Below, piece after piece: positions 46,529 through 56,459 of a stretch of DNA of 64,000 bases; the first letter of the stretch is position 1; every line of letters starts with the position of its first letter. Under the pieces are notes generated by a model, which did no database searches, was not told the origin of the DNA, and worked only from the letters and a program-made list of their open reading frames with translations. Both the position numbers and the translations under genes were made by a program. The stretch covers positions 5,792,001 through 5,856,000 of the forward strand of contig JASGJH010000001.1 of assembly GCA_047601445.1 (NCBI GenBank). The letters run 5' to 3'. Source of the stretch: Myxococcales bacterium. GTDB taxonomy: Bacteria; Myxococcota_A; Polyangia; Polyangiales; DASUME01.

Positions 46529-49048
46529 ATGCTGGATCGCTTTCTCGCTGGCGTGATTCGCTTGGTGCGCGAACGCCGCCTGCTGCTCGTCGGGCTGGTC
46601 GTGCTGCTGACCGTGGTGTCGGCGGTGTCGCTGCGCTGGCTGGAGGCAGATCCGTCGCCGCGTGCTCTGTTGGCCTCGGCCGACACGGATCAGGAACAGA
46701 TCTCGAACGAGTTCCGTACGCGCTTCGGCAGCACGGACAACATGCTCGCGATCCTGATTGAAGCGCCCAAGGACGTGATCACGCCGTCGCCGCTCGGGTA
46801 CATGTACGCGCTCGGGGAGGCGGTCTCCAAGATGCCGCACATCGAGCGGGTGGAGAGCTTGGCGCGCACGCCCTTCCCACAGACGGGACCGAATCCCAAG
46901 GACGACGAGCTCAGCCTGGAGGCGCTCGAGGAGTCGCCGGATCCGCTCAAGGATGATCCTAACCTCACCCTGGCGCTGTCGGACGTGGTGGCTTCGGCTC
47001 CCGAGCTGTTCCCGTTGGGGCTCGCCTCGCTGAGCGAGCGCGCGGCGGGCATGCGCAACCTGGCGCCGCTCATCACCAGCGACAAGCCCGACCAGGCTCA
47101 GGCCGACGCGCTCAAGGCGGCGGTCGAGAAGATGCCCATCTTGCGGGGGCGTTTGATCAGCAAGGATGGCCGTTTGGCGTTGGTGGCGGTGGCCATCGAC
47201 GATGCGCTCACCAGCCACAACGACTTGAGCAAGGCGCTCAAGAACGTGACCGATTGGATCGCCGCGCATCCGGCGCCGTCCGAGCTCAAGGTCCAGGTCA
47301 CGGGCTTGCCCGTGGTGCGCACGAGCATCGTGGAGAGCATGCGCCGCGATCAGCGGTTGCTCACGCCGGCCACCCTGGTCGTGAGCCTGATCATGTTGCT
47401 GTTCGCGTTCCGCTGGTGGCCGGGCGTGCTCTTTCCGCTGCTCAAGGTGGGTCTGACGTCGCTCTGGGTGCTGGGTGGGATGGCGCTGTGCAGCATCAAG
47501 CTCAACGTCATCAACAATATCCTGCCCGCGTTGTTGATCATCATGGGCCTCAGCGACGCCATTCACCTGGTGGCGCGCTATCTGCACGAGACCGGCCGCT
47601 CGCGCGACTCCAAGCGCGCCATGAGCACCACCATCGCGGCCATCGGCCACGCCTGCTTCGGCACGGCGAGCACCACGGCAGCCGGCTTGTTCGCGCTGTG
47701 GGTCTCGAAGACGCGCATGCTGGCGGAGTTCGGCATCGTGGGCGGCATCGGCGTGATGGTCTCCTACCTGGATACGGTGGTCTTTCTGCCGGCCATGCTG
47801 CAGAGCTTCACGCCGCCCGCGCACCTCCTGCAGGAGCAGGAAAAGAAGGAGCAGCGCCCGAGCCCGCTCGACGCGATCCTCTCGCAGGTGACGCTCAAGA
47901 TCCTGCGTCAGCCCAAGGTCGTGTTGGCGATCTCCATCCTCCTCACGCTGGGCTCCGCCATTACGGCGCGCGAGTTGCGAGTAGACAGCGCGCTCCTGGA
48001 TCAGTTCGAGAAGGACGATCCGATGTACAAGAGCACGCGGTTGCTCGAGCAGAACTTCGAGGGTGTGCGTCCTTTGGAGGTCAGCCTCTCGAGTACGGAG
48101 CCGGGCCGCTTCCTGGATCCGGACACGCTCAAGCAGCTGGCCACGGTGACGACCTGGTTGAACGAGCGCCCCGAGGTGTTGAGCGCCACCGACCCGTCCA
48201 TGCCCTTCGTGCAGGTCTGGTCTGCCTTCACCGGCACCCAGGCCAGCGTGGGCGATGCCTTGCGCACCAAGCCCGAGCTCGCGGGTCTCACCTACGTGCT
48301 CGGCAAGCGCACGCCCAACCCGCTGGCCGCGCTGCTCTCGAGCGATGGCAGCCACGCGCGCCTGCGCATCCGTCTGCGCGACGACGGCTCGCGGGCCACG
48401 CTCAAGCTGATCGACCAGCTCGATTCGCAGCTCAAAAAGGCCTTCGCCAAGCAGCCCGACGTGACCTACGCGTTCACCGGCGACGCCTACTTGAGCTCGC
48501 ACGGTCTCGACGCGGTGGTGACGGATTTGACGGGCAGCCTGGGTGTGGCGGTGGCCACCATCTTGGTGCTCGTGTTCTTCTCCTTCCGGAGTTGGCGCTA
48601 CGCGCTGCTGTTGATCCCGCCGAACGTGATCCCGATGGTGTTGGTCATGGCCTGGATGGTGTGGCGCAACATCCCCTTGAACGCGGCCACGGCCATCATC
48701 TTCTCGGTGAGCATCGGCATCACGGTGGACGCAGGCATTCATCTGCTCGCGCGGCTTCGGGAGGAGCTCGGCGAGCGCATCCTGTTGACGACAGCCATCA
48801 TGCGCAGCGTGCGCGGTACTGGCAGTGCCATCGTGCTCGCGTGCACCACGCTGGTGCTGGGGTTCGCGGCGCTCTTGCTGAGTAACTTCGTGCCCGTGCA
48901 GCGCTTCGCGGAGTTGATCGCCGTCAGCATCGCGAGCTGCATCCTCTCCACGCTGCTGGTGTTGCCGGCGGTGTTGCAGGTGGCGGGTCGTCGCTTCGTG
49001 AGCCCCGAAGGCACGGCGGTGAGTCCCCTCGTGAGCAAGGGGCACTGA
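46529..49048 (+). CDS. MMPL/RND family lipid exporter
   Basis: Two repeats of TM + periplasmic domain + 5 TM; GLSDAIHL and GITVDAGIHL motifs. Confidence 0.9.
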   Translation: MLDRFLAGVIRLVRERRLLLVGLVVLLTVVSAVSLRWLEADPSPRALLASADTDQEQISNEFRTRFGSTDNMLAILIEAPKDVITPSPLGYMYALGEAVSKMPHIERVESLARTPFPQTGPNPKDDELSLEALEESPDPLKDDPNLTLALSDVVASAPELFPLGLASLSERAAGMRNLAPLITSDKPDQAQADALKAAVEKMPILRGRLISKDGRLALVAVAIDDALTSHNDLSKALKNVTDWIAAHPAPSELKVQVTGLPVVRTSIVESMRRDQRLLTPATLVVSLIMLLFAFRWWPGVLFPLLKVGLTSLWVLGGMALCSIKLNVINNILPALLIIMGLSDAIHLVARYLHETGRSRDSKRAMSTTIAAIGHACFGTASTTAAGLFALWVSKTRMLAEFGIVGGIGVMVSYLDTVVFLPAMLQSFTPPAHLLQEQEKKEQRPSPLDAILSQVTLKILRQPKVVLAISILLTLGSAITARELRVDSALLDQFEKDDPMYKSTRLLEQNFEGVRPLEVSLSSTEPGRFLDPDTLKQLATVTTWLNERPEVLSATDPSMPFVQVWSAFTGTQASVGDALRTKPELAGLTYVLGKRTPNPLAALLSSDGSHARLRIRLRDDGSRATLKLIDQLDSQLKKAFAKQPDVTYAFTGDAYLSSHGLDAVVTDLTGSLGVAVATILVLVFFSFRSWRYALLLIPPNVIPMVLVMAWMVWRNIPLNAATAIIFSVSIGITVDAGIHLLARLREELGERILLTTAIMRSVRGTGSAIVLACTTLVLGFAALLLSNFVPVQRFAELIAVSIASCILSTLLVLPAVLQVAGRRFVSPEGTAVSPLVSKGH

Positions 49049-50241
49049 TGAGGTTGCCCGGGCGCAGTTGGCGTGGACTCGGGCTCGTTTGTTGGGTGCT
49101 CTCGATCACGCAGGTCGCCTGCTCGCGCGAGGCCAAGCCGGCGCCGGCGATCAGCGCGCAAGACGGGGCTGCTGCGGCGCCCAAGTCGAGCTCGGGCGCA
49201 TCGTTCGTGGATGCTTCAGTTTCGGTGCGAGATGCTGGAGCGGCGGAGGTGGCCGGACAGCCGCCGGCGCAGGTGCCGCTGGTGCGCGAGCGCCGGGAGC
49301 TGATGAGCACCATCTACGAAATCAGCGTGGTGAGCTCCGACGATTCGCGCGCGCGCGAAACCATCGAGCGCGCCCTGACCGACATTGCACGCCTGGAGCG
49401 TGAGCTTTCCGAGTGGATCCCAGAAAGCGACATCTCGCGCATCAACGCGGCGGCCGGGAAGACCAAGGTGCAGGTAGGGCCGGACACATTGGCCAACGTG
49501 CAGGCGGCGCTCGACGCGGCCAAGCGCACGGGAGGAGCTTTCGATCCCACCTGGGCTGCCCTGCGACCGTTCTATCTCTTTCAGCCCGGCGAGAAGAAGG
49601 TCCCCGATGTGGCCGCGGTGCGCAAACAGAAGCACCTGGTGAACTACCGCGACGTGGTGGTCGACGCAGCGGGCAGTACGGTCTTTTTGAAGCGCAAGGG
49701 CATGGCGCTGGGGCTCGGTGGTATCGCCAAGGGATGGGCCGTGGATCGCGCGTCTGCCATCCTAATCGAGGCGGGCTTCCCGAATCACATGGTGTTCGCG
49801 GGCGGTCAGGTGCTCGTGCGAGGGCTCAAGGGCGACCGCAAGTGGCGCGTGGGCATCCAGCATCCACGTATGGCGGGCTATATCGGGTTCATCGAGCTCA
49901 CGGACGCCTCCATTGCCACCGCAGGCGACTACGAGCACAGCTTCATCGCCGATGACGGCACCCACTGGCACCACATCATCGACCCGGAGACCGCGTTGCC
50001 GGCACGCCGGTCCACCTCCGTGACCCTGGTGGCACCGAACGGCCTCATCGCGGATGCGCTCGACACGGGCTGCTTCGTGATGGGACCGGAGAAGTGCCTG
50101 AAGATGCTCGCCGAGTACCCCGAGCCCATCGAGGCGGTTATCATCGATGATCAACTCAAGCTGTTCGCCACGCCGGGCACGCGCGAGAAGATCGTGATGC
50201 GGATGGCGATCGATTCCGAGGGCAGGATCCCCATCCCCTGA
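49048..50241 (+). CDS. apbE: FAD:protein FMN transferase
   Basis: GGAFDPT, LGGIAKGWAVD, ATAGDYE, HHIIDP, ADALDT; lipobox-like VAC; TGATG coupling to the MMPL gene. Confidence 0.92.
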   Translation: MRLPGRSWRGLGLVCWVLSITQVACSREAKPAPAISAQDGAAAAPKSSSGASFVDASVSVRDAGAAEVAGQPPAQVPLVRERRELMSTIYEISVVSSDDSRARETIERALTDIARLERELSEWIPESDISRINAAAGKTKVQVGPDTLANVQAALDAAKRTGGAFDPTWAALRPFYLFQPGEKKVPDVAAVRKQKHLVNYRDVVVDAAGSTVFLKRKGMALGLGGIAKGWAVDRASAILIEAGFPNHMVFAGGQVLVRGLKGDRKWRVGIQHPRMAGYIGFIELTDASIATAGDYEHSFIADDGTHWHHIIDPETALPARRSTSVTLVAPNGLIADALDTGCFVMGPEKCLKMLAEYPEPIEAVIIDDQLKLFATPGTREKIVMRMAIDSEGRIPIP

Positions 50242-50383
50242 GAGGACGTTCCCACCACGCCGATCGTCGACTTGGCTTAGTCGTCGGCGTAGCCCTTGCG
50301 TGGACCTTGACGGCGACGGCGGCGTGAACCTGTACGACCCGCGTTGAGACCTGCTGGCAGTGCCGTGGCTGTTTCAACCGCGA

Positions 50384-51724
50384 TCACTGTGCCTTGATAC
50401 TCGGATCCCCGATTCGTCCCGCGAACAAGACCAGGCCGCTCGAGACCTGACGGATCAAGAATGCAAACGGGCGGTTGATGGTGAGCACCGGGACCGGCGC
50501 GGGAAGCGCGCGGGTGCGGATGCCGACGGCGGTGGCCCCAGAGGCTTCGGTGCCCTTTTCGTTTACATCCACGAAGGCGCCGTGCAGCACGTGGCTCACG
50601 TAGAGGTCGCCGGGCTTGCCCGCGATCCCACTTAGGTCCGCCTGGCTGGAGAACAGGGCCTTGATCCCGAGCTCCTTGAGCATGGGGATCAACTCGACCG
50701 AATCGAGCTTGGCAGTGAAGCGGGGCAGCTGCAGCTTGGCCTTGGCCGGCTCGAGCCGCTCGAGGGTTCGGCCGAGCACGTCGGCGTCGAAGGCCTCCTT
50801 GGGCATGCTCTCTCCCCCGGGTAACACGATCACCATGGAGAGCTCGCCGCCCGCGTAGGGCAGCTCAAGCACGGTGGTGTCCTCACCGAGCATGCCGAGC
50901 GCGTAGTCCGCTTGGCGCTCCATGAAGGGCACGGAAACCGCGGGCTTGCCGCTCGGCGTGAAGGGGCCGTCGTGGGTATTCTGAGGATTGAAAGCGTCCT
51001 TCCACACAGCCTGCATGGCCACTGCGCTCACCAGCACGGCGCGCGTGAGCGAGTCGATGCTGCCTGGGCCGAGCAGCCGCTCGAGGCGGCCACCCGTGTG
51101 GGTCGCAATGTCCTGGTTGATGCGCTCGCGGGCCGACTCGGGGCTCTTGGAGAAGGGAACGCTGAAGCTGCTGGCGTGGTAGCCCTCGCGCAGTTCGCGC
51201 GCGAAGGCGGGTGCCACGGACATGGCCTCGTCGGCATAGAAGCCACTCGCCACGTGGAGCGCGTTGCCGGCGCCGGGCGCCGTCGCGAGACGAGCGAGCT
51301 CCTTCGCGAGCAGCAAGCCCTGACCCGGTTTGATCGCCAGGGCCTTCTCCAGCTCGCGCGCCGTTTGTTCGCGCGCCCCCGGCAAGGTCATCTGCAGCGC
51401 CAAGGTGGCGGTGATGGGGGCCAGGACCAGGTTGACGCGGCCGGGCTCCAGATCCCGGAGCATGCGCAGAGCGAGCTGGTTGGCGGCGAGCACCAGACTA
51501 GGAGGTAGGTTCGAGGTGTGCGGCCGCGCGCTGTCTTCCTGCTCGGGTACAGGCGGCTCGGCGACCTCCTCGATGCCTTCCCCCGGAGTCGGCTCGGCGG
51601 GAGGCGCTTCGGGCTCCTCGAGCGCAGGTTTGGGTGCGCTCTTGGGCACATCCCCCGCCGGCTGCTTCGCCGAATTGCACGCCATCGTCAGCACGAGCCA
51701 TGCGGCCCAACGGGAGCTCCCCAC
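50384..51724 (-). CDS. Serpin, probable lipoprotein
   Basis: Hinge VNEKGTEASGATA, INRPFAFLIR, LVLFAGRI; signal ending LTMAC; start taken at GTG 51724. Confidence 0.92.
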   Translation of the reverse strand: MGSSRWAAWLVLTMACNSAKQPAGDVPKSAPKPALEEPEAPPAEPTPGEGIEEVAEPPVPEQEDSARPHTSNLPPSLVLAANQLALRMLRDLEPGRVNLVLAPITATLALQMTLPGAREQTARELEKALAIKPGQGLLLAKELARLATAPGAGNALHVASGFYADEAMSVAPAFARELREGYHASSFSVPFSKSPESARERINQDIATHTGGRLERLLGPGSIDSLTRAVLVSAVAMQAVWKDAFNPQNTHDGPFTPSGKPAVSVPFMERQADYALGMLGEDTTVLELPYAGGELSMVIVLPGGESMPKEAFDADVLGRTLERLEPAKAKLQLPRFTAKLDSVELIPMLKELGIKALFSSQADLSGIAGKPGDLYVSHVLHGAFVDVNEKGTEASGATAVGIRTRALPAPVPVLTINRPFAFLIRQVSSGLVLFAGRIGDPSIKAQ

Positions 51725-51792
51725 GTACGACCCTCCGGCAGCGCAGTGTGCCACGAGGACGCGCGCTCCGGGGATGCTTCTCGCAACGTGGC

Positions 51793-53451
51793 TCAGAGCT
51801 CTGGAAGGACACTCGAAAGAGCGATGGTGAGCCCGCCGACCTCGAGTGTGGCCCAGTTGGCCTGGGGCTCGGGAATGTAGAGGAAGCTCTCGCTGCTGTG
51901 ATCCAGATGCACGCGTGAGGCCTCGAGCTCGGCGACGAGGTTGCCCTGGGCGTCGCGCACCCGCAGGGGTTCGAATTCCCCGCCGGGCGTCTCCGAGGTC
52001 ACGAAGCCGGCCCAGCGCGCCGATCCGTTGCCGTAGAGGATGAGGCTGTGCCAGGGGCCGCCGGCGATGAGCGCGCTCGTGCGGCTCTTGGTGGTGGCGC
52101 TGGTGGCGTTGTTCACGATCAGCGAGCGAGCTGCCAGGGCGGAGTACGTGTAGTCGCTGATCCAGGTGGGCTCGCAATAGCCCATCATGTCCTTGAGCGT
52201 GGGCTGCATGAGGGTCTTGCTGCGCGCGTCCCAACCCCAACTGCCGATGTCGCCCCCGGTGTACGGGTACTTGGCGTCCACGCCGTCGATCTTGCCGCCC
52301 GAGGGTACGCACGGCGAGTGGCCTCGCCCGTGGGCATGGCCGAGCTCGTGCACCGCGGTGGAGGGCGTATTGTCGTCGATGTAGCCCACCCCGAGCCCGA
52401 TTTGATCGACGCTGCTCACGTTGACCGTCTGCGGCGCCAGGCCGAGCACGCAGCTCCCGCTGCAATAGGTTCGCAGCGTGCTCTTGGGTGTGATCAGCCC
52501 GAAGTAATAGGTATTGCGGGGCGCGCCATCGCGCTGGCGCTGCTTGCGGATCTCGTTCAGGAGCTCGCTCCAGCCGTCGCCGTTGGCGTCGACCGAGTAG
52601 GCCCAGGTCAGGGCCGCCGCCACGTTGACCTCCACCTTGGCCACCGGATAGTACGCGGCCAGCGCTGAGCGGATGCTCTCGATCTGCGCGGCGCTCGTGT
52701 CCGGCAACAATGTGCCGAGGCGCACGGGCACCAGCGTGACGCGCAAGGTGCCCAGGTCCTCCGCAGAGAGCGCTTGCGCTCCGCTCTTGGGGAAGCGCGC
52801 GCCCGGGTTGTCCTTGCGCTTGGGATTGCACTTCTCCTCCACCAAGGCCGCGCTCAGGGTGGTGTCGGGGCCGAGCGCCGCGGCGGGCACGTTGAAGTTG
52901 AAGGTGCTGCCGAAGTCGGCGTCGGTGGAGGCCTTGCTCGGCGTGAGGCGTGCCTCGAGGCGCGTAACCTGCGAGCCATTCTGCAGCGTGAGTGTGCCCA
53001 GCACGGCATGGGCGCTGTAGCCGGTGAGCGGCTCCGCGAAGACACGCACCAGGGCTTCCTTGCCCTGTGTCACGGGGGCCGCTTGCTCGCTGACCCAGGC
53101 ACCGCCCGAGACCAAGGTGACCTTCACGGTCTGATAGAGCGCGACGTCCTTGATGCGCAAAGTCTCCACCAGGGACTCACTGTCAGGCCCGCACGGATCC
53201 GGCGTCTTGCCGGGCGTGCCCGCGTCCGCGTTGGTGTGCTGCTGGGCGCTGCCTGCATCTCGCACCGCGTCATCATCCGGATTGCTCGAACGATCGCCGT
53301 CACCCTCGTCTGCGCTCGCGTCCGCTTGGTCGACCGACGCCGTACTCGGATCGAGATCCGAATGCGTGGTGTCAGGGTCTTCGACCGTGCCGACACACGC
53401 GGCGACGCCGGCTGTCGTTAACAGCATTGCGAGTGGGAGAACACCGCGCAT
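51793..53451 (-). CDS. M66-like zinc metallopeptidase lipoprotein
   Basis: HELGHAHGRGH, WGWD, DMMGYC...WISDYTY; lipobox VAAC. Confidence 0.85.
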   Translation of the reverse strand: MRGVLPLAMLLTTAGVAACVGTVEDPDTTHSDLDPSTASVDQADASADEGDGDRSSNPDDDAVRDAGSAQQHTNADAGTPGKTPDPCGPDSESLVETLRIKDVALYQTVKVTLVSGGAWVSEQAAPVTQGKEALVRVFAEPLTGYSAHAVLGTLTLQNGSQVTRLEARLTPSKASTDADFGSTFNFNVPAAALGPDTTLSAALVEEKCNPKRKDNPGARFPKSGAQALSAEDLGTLRVTLVPVRLGTLLPDTSAAQIESIRSALAAYYPVAKVEVNVAAALTWAYSVDANGDGWSELLNEIRKQRQRDGAPRNTYYFGLITPKSTLRTYCSGSCVLGLAPQTVNVSSVDQIGLGVGYIDDNTPSTAVHELGHAHGRGHSPCVPSGGKIDGVDAKYPYTGGDIGSWGWDARSKTLMQPTLKDMMGYCEPTWISDYTYSALAARSLIVNNATSATTKSRTSALIAGGPWHSLILYGNGSARWAGFVTSETPGGEFEPLRVRDAQGNLVAELEASRVHLDHSSESFLYIPEPQANWATLEVGGLTIALSSVLPEL

Positions 53452-53562
53452 GGGAAGGGCAAACCTAGTCACGAATCGGTCGTCGCGGAACGCCAAAATT
53501 TGCTCCAATCAGCGCAAAGTGCCGAACGTCTGCACTTTTGCGTCTGACTTGAAACTGCGGTG

Positions 53563-54432
53563 CTAGGGCCCGATTCGCAAGCGTTGCATTCTGTAGTTCA
53601 GGCCACCCCGATCATCGCGCAAGATCACCCAAACCAGAACGTCGCCGCCCCCGGCGGGCGCACGGAAACGCGTCTGTGCGGACCCATCGGCGGCCACAGC
53701 GCCCTGACTTTCCAGCACTTCTCCGCGGCTCACGTGCCACGCGACCTCGAGCGATTCAGTTCGAGTCTGCAGACGGTTCGTGCCGTGCTCGTAGACCATG
53801 TAGCGCTCGAAGGAGGAGATCTGTGCGCGCACACGCAGGTCGATCTCCGCACCAGGTTGAACGCTCGAGACGACCGCTTCCGCGGCCTCATCGAACGCGG
53901 GGTTGCGATTGGCCACGTAGCTTGCGGCATAGTCCTGAGCGATCGCGAGCGGCGCGTCGCGCAAGGGACACAGCAGGCGCAAGCGCTCCAAGCTGACTTG
54001 AGTTTCAGGCAAGGCCACGCGCAGTGGCTGGTAGTAGCCTCCCGAGGGGTCGGCATCTCGCGGCCTCAAATCGGCCGCATCGGCGCCGCCGAAGCGGGCG
54101 CATGCGTCGGCTGGCACACGCACGTTCGCCACGACGCCCCGCTCGGGCAACGCGGGGTCTTCGCCGGCCACGCAGGAGCGCGAAGCGAAGCCCGACTCGC
54201 TGAGGGCCTTGGGCGTGCGGCACAGACTCCAGCGCACGGCGACATCGCTGCGCAGACCGTCCTCGCCAGCTACCAGCAGGGTCACGCTGATCGGGGTACC
54301 CGGCGCGGCTTCGGCTGGCTCCGCGAGGATCCCGAGCACCTGCTCGTCGCCAGCTGGGGCCAGCTCGACTTCTTCGCCAGCGAGGCAGCCGCTGATGACG
54401 AGCGCAAGCCCGCAGTTTGTCAGCTTCGTCAT
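53563..54432 (-). CDS. Lipoprotein following TonB-dependent receptor
   Basis: Lipobox ISGC; VLGILAEPAEAAPG, ANRNP, C-terminal WVILRDDRGG. Confidence 0.75.
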   Translation of the reverse strand: MTKLTNCGLALVISGCLAGEEVELAPAGDEQVLGILAEPAEAAPGTPISVTLLVAGEDGLRSDVAVRWSLCRTPKALSESGFASRSCVAGEDPALPERGVVANVRVPADACARFGGADAADLRPRDADPSGGYYQPLRVALPETQVSLERLRLLCPLRDAPLAIAQDYAASYVANRNPAFDEAAEAVVSSVQPGAEIDLRVRAQISSFERYMVYEHGTNRLQTRTESLEVAWHVSRGEVLESQGAVAADGSAQTRFRAPAGGGDVLVWVILRDDRGGLNYRMQRLRIGP

Positions 54433-54434
54433 GC

Positions 54435-56459
54435 TCAGAGCTCCATCTGAATGCCCAGCAAGGCGAGCCAAGGCAGACCGCGCACGTCGCGCCGCCGCGT
54501 GAAGTCGTCGTTGTAGGCCACCTCTTCCACGTTGGCGCGGGCGGTGACGTTCAGCAGGTCTGCGTACAGCATCAGGCGCGAGGTCTCTCCAACGTGGAAG
54601 CTTTGCTCTGCGTGCAGATCGAGCTGGGCGAAGGCCGGGACGCGGGCGCGATTTTGTGCGGCGAAGCTGGGTTGATAGCTGTCGCTCTTGCTGTCGTAGT
54701 AGCTGCCGAGCACGCTGGTGCGTGGGTTGCCGGTGGCATAGCGAAAGCGCGTGCTCACCAGGAAGCTCTCGCGGCGGTAGCTCAACAAGGCGCTGAGCAC
54801 GTGGGTCTGGTCGAGATCGAACAGGCGCTCCATCCCAAAGGTGCCCGTGCGCGTGCTGCGGCTCAGCGTGTAGCTCGCCAGAAAGCCCACGCCGCTCTCC
54901 ACCTGCCGTTGCAACAGGAGTGCCCCGCCATAACTCCATCCGCTGCCGCTCTGTACGAGCGCATGGGAGACACGCGGTGTGGGATCGTCGCTGCGCCGCG
55001 CGAGTCGATCGAGCTGCTTGGCGAAGCCCTCGGCGCGCAGCACGATCCCCGCCGGTAGCTCGGCCTGGGGCCCCATGCTGCCCACCATGGCGCGTGAAGC
55101 ACCGAGGCTCGGAGTGCCGAAGACCGCGCTCAGATCGCTCGCCGCGGGTGGTTGATGGTGCAGCCCCGCCCGCGCCTGCAGACGGAGGGCAGGATGGAGC
55201 GCCAGCGATATGGCCACGCGCGGCTCGGGGTAGGCGGCCAGCTCATCGTGTCCCACGGCGGGCACGCCGCCCAGCTTGGGCGTGCTGCGGTTCACGGAGA
55301 GGGCATAGAGCTCGAGCCGCAGACCGAGTTGCGCGGAGAAGGGACCGCGCTGCACAGCGACACTGGCATAGGGCGCGACGTTGCTGCTGTTGGTGCGCCA
55401 GCGATCCCGATTCACCTCATCGCCGGGGCCTTGCCCGAATACGTGCAAGTCGCCCTCGCGCGCCGGCAAGGTCAAGCTCCCTGCGCGCTCGAGCCGGCTC
55501 GCCAGCGAGAGCACGTCCAGGCCCAGCTGGAGCTGCGCCGTCGGCCAGCTCCGTGCGTAACTCGCGCGTGCCCCGATCCGTGTGGCCGCGCTGCGCGCCG
55601 AGAATGGCACCAGATCGAAGCGATCGAACTCGCGTCGGTCGCCCCATCCCACGAAGCCCAGGAGCCGCACCCGGGCACCGTCGGCGTAGCGTCGCACCAG
55701 GCTCAAGGCGCCCACTTGATCGCTGCGCTCCAGGGTCTGCTGGTCCGGCACGCTAGCCACGTCCGACGCCACGCTGCGCTGCAGCCGATCGCGCGTGCCC
55801 AACCACAGCAAGCTCAGGCGCGTGCGACGGTCGACGTCCCAGCTCACCTTGCCCCCCGCGTCTGCGTGCGCCGGGACGCTCGTGCGCTCGGCGAGCTCTG
55901 GCATGAGCCCATGTACCACGCGATCGAGATAGCCGTAGCGGCCCGCGAGGCTCACGCCCCAGGCCCCTTGCTTGGCGCGCAGTTCGAGACCGCTATCGAT
56001 GCCGTCCGCGCGCAGCGAGCCGTGCAGTCCTGTTTGCCGCAGCGCGGGCGTCTCCAGCTCCACCAAGCCGCCCAGGGCGCGCCCGTGGGACGCATCGAAG
56101 GCGCCCGCTGTGAGCGCCACGTTCGCGATCAAGGCCGGAGGCACGGTGCTGCGCAGACCTCCTGGATGAAACAACGCGGGAATTTCCACGCCGTCCACGT
56201 AGACGCGTGTCTCCTGACCGGGCGATCCCCAGATGGATAGCTCCCCGGAGTCGAAGCCCGCACGCGCCACGCCGGGCAAATTCGAGAGGGCCCGCGCGGA
56301 TTCTCCCAGGGCTCCCGCCATCTCTCGCGCCTCCTGGGCTGGCAGCACTTCTGCGCCTGGTGACTCGAGGGTGCTGACGCGCGCGCTAGCGGCGTACTCC
56401 TGCGCCTGCGCCTGTGACGCCCACAAGCAGCCGCACAACGCGAGCCAGCGCGCCTTCAC
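54435..56459 (-). CDS. TonB-dependent outer-membrane receptor
   Basis: Signal peptide; plug motifs LPGV and VYVDGVEIP; barrel motifs EPRV, DQTH, LLNVT. Confidence 0.88.
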   Translation of the reverse strand: MKARWLALCGCLWASQAQAQEYAASARVSTLESPGAEVLPAQEAREMAGALGESARALSNLPGVARAGFDSGELSIWGSPGQETRVYVDGVEIPALFHPGGLRSTVPPALIANVALTAGAFDASHGRALGGLVELETPALRQTGLHGSLRADGIDSGLELRAKQGAWGVSLAGRYGYLDRVVHGLMPELAERTSVPAHADAGGKVSWDVDRRTRLSLLWLGTRDRLQRSVASDVASVPDQQTLERSDQVGALSLVRRYADGARVRLLGFVGWGDRREFDRFDLVPFSARSAATRIGARASYARSWPTAQLQLGLDVLSLASRLERAGSLTLPAREGDLHVFGQGPGDEVNRDRWRTNSSNVAPYASVAVQRGPFSAQLGLRLELYALSVNRSTPKLGGVPAVGHDELAAYPEPRVAISLALHPALRLQARAGLHHQPPAASDLSAVFGTPSLGASRAMVGSMGPQAELPAGIVLRAEGFAKQLDRLARRSDDPTPRVSHALVQSGSGWSYGGALLLQRQVESGVGFLASYTLSRSTRTGTFGMERLFDLDQTHVLSALLSYRRESFLVSTRFRYATGNPRTSVLGSYYDSKSDSYQPSFAAQNRARVPAFAQLDLHAEQSFHVGETSRLMLYADLLNVTARANVEEVAYNDDFTRRRDVRGLPWLALLGIQMEL

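Noticed and set aside
46385..49045. 886-aa antisense ORF and similar long overlapping ORFs (e.g. 1732-3249, 9989-11242)
   Set aside because: Shadow ORFs expected from high-GC codon bias; they overlap well-supported genes and have no recognisable motifs.
50242..50383. Structured gap between apbE and serpin as ncRNA
   Set aside because: Imperfect hairpins between convergent genes with no promoter; most simply terminators.
50530..50550. SGAT in the serpin as an ApbE flavinylation site
   Set aside because: It is the ordinary serpin hinge; proximity to apbE is probably coincidence.
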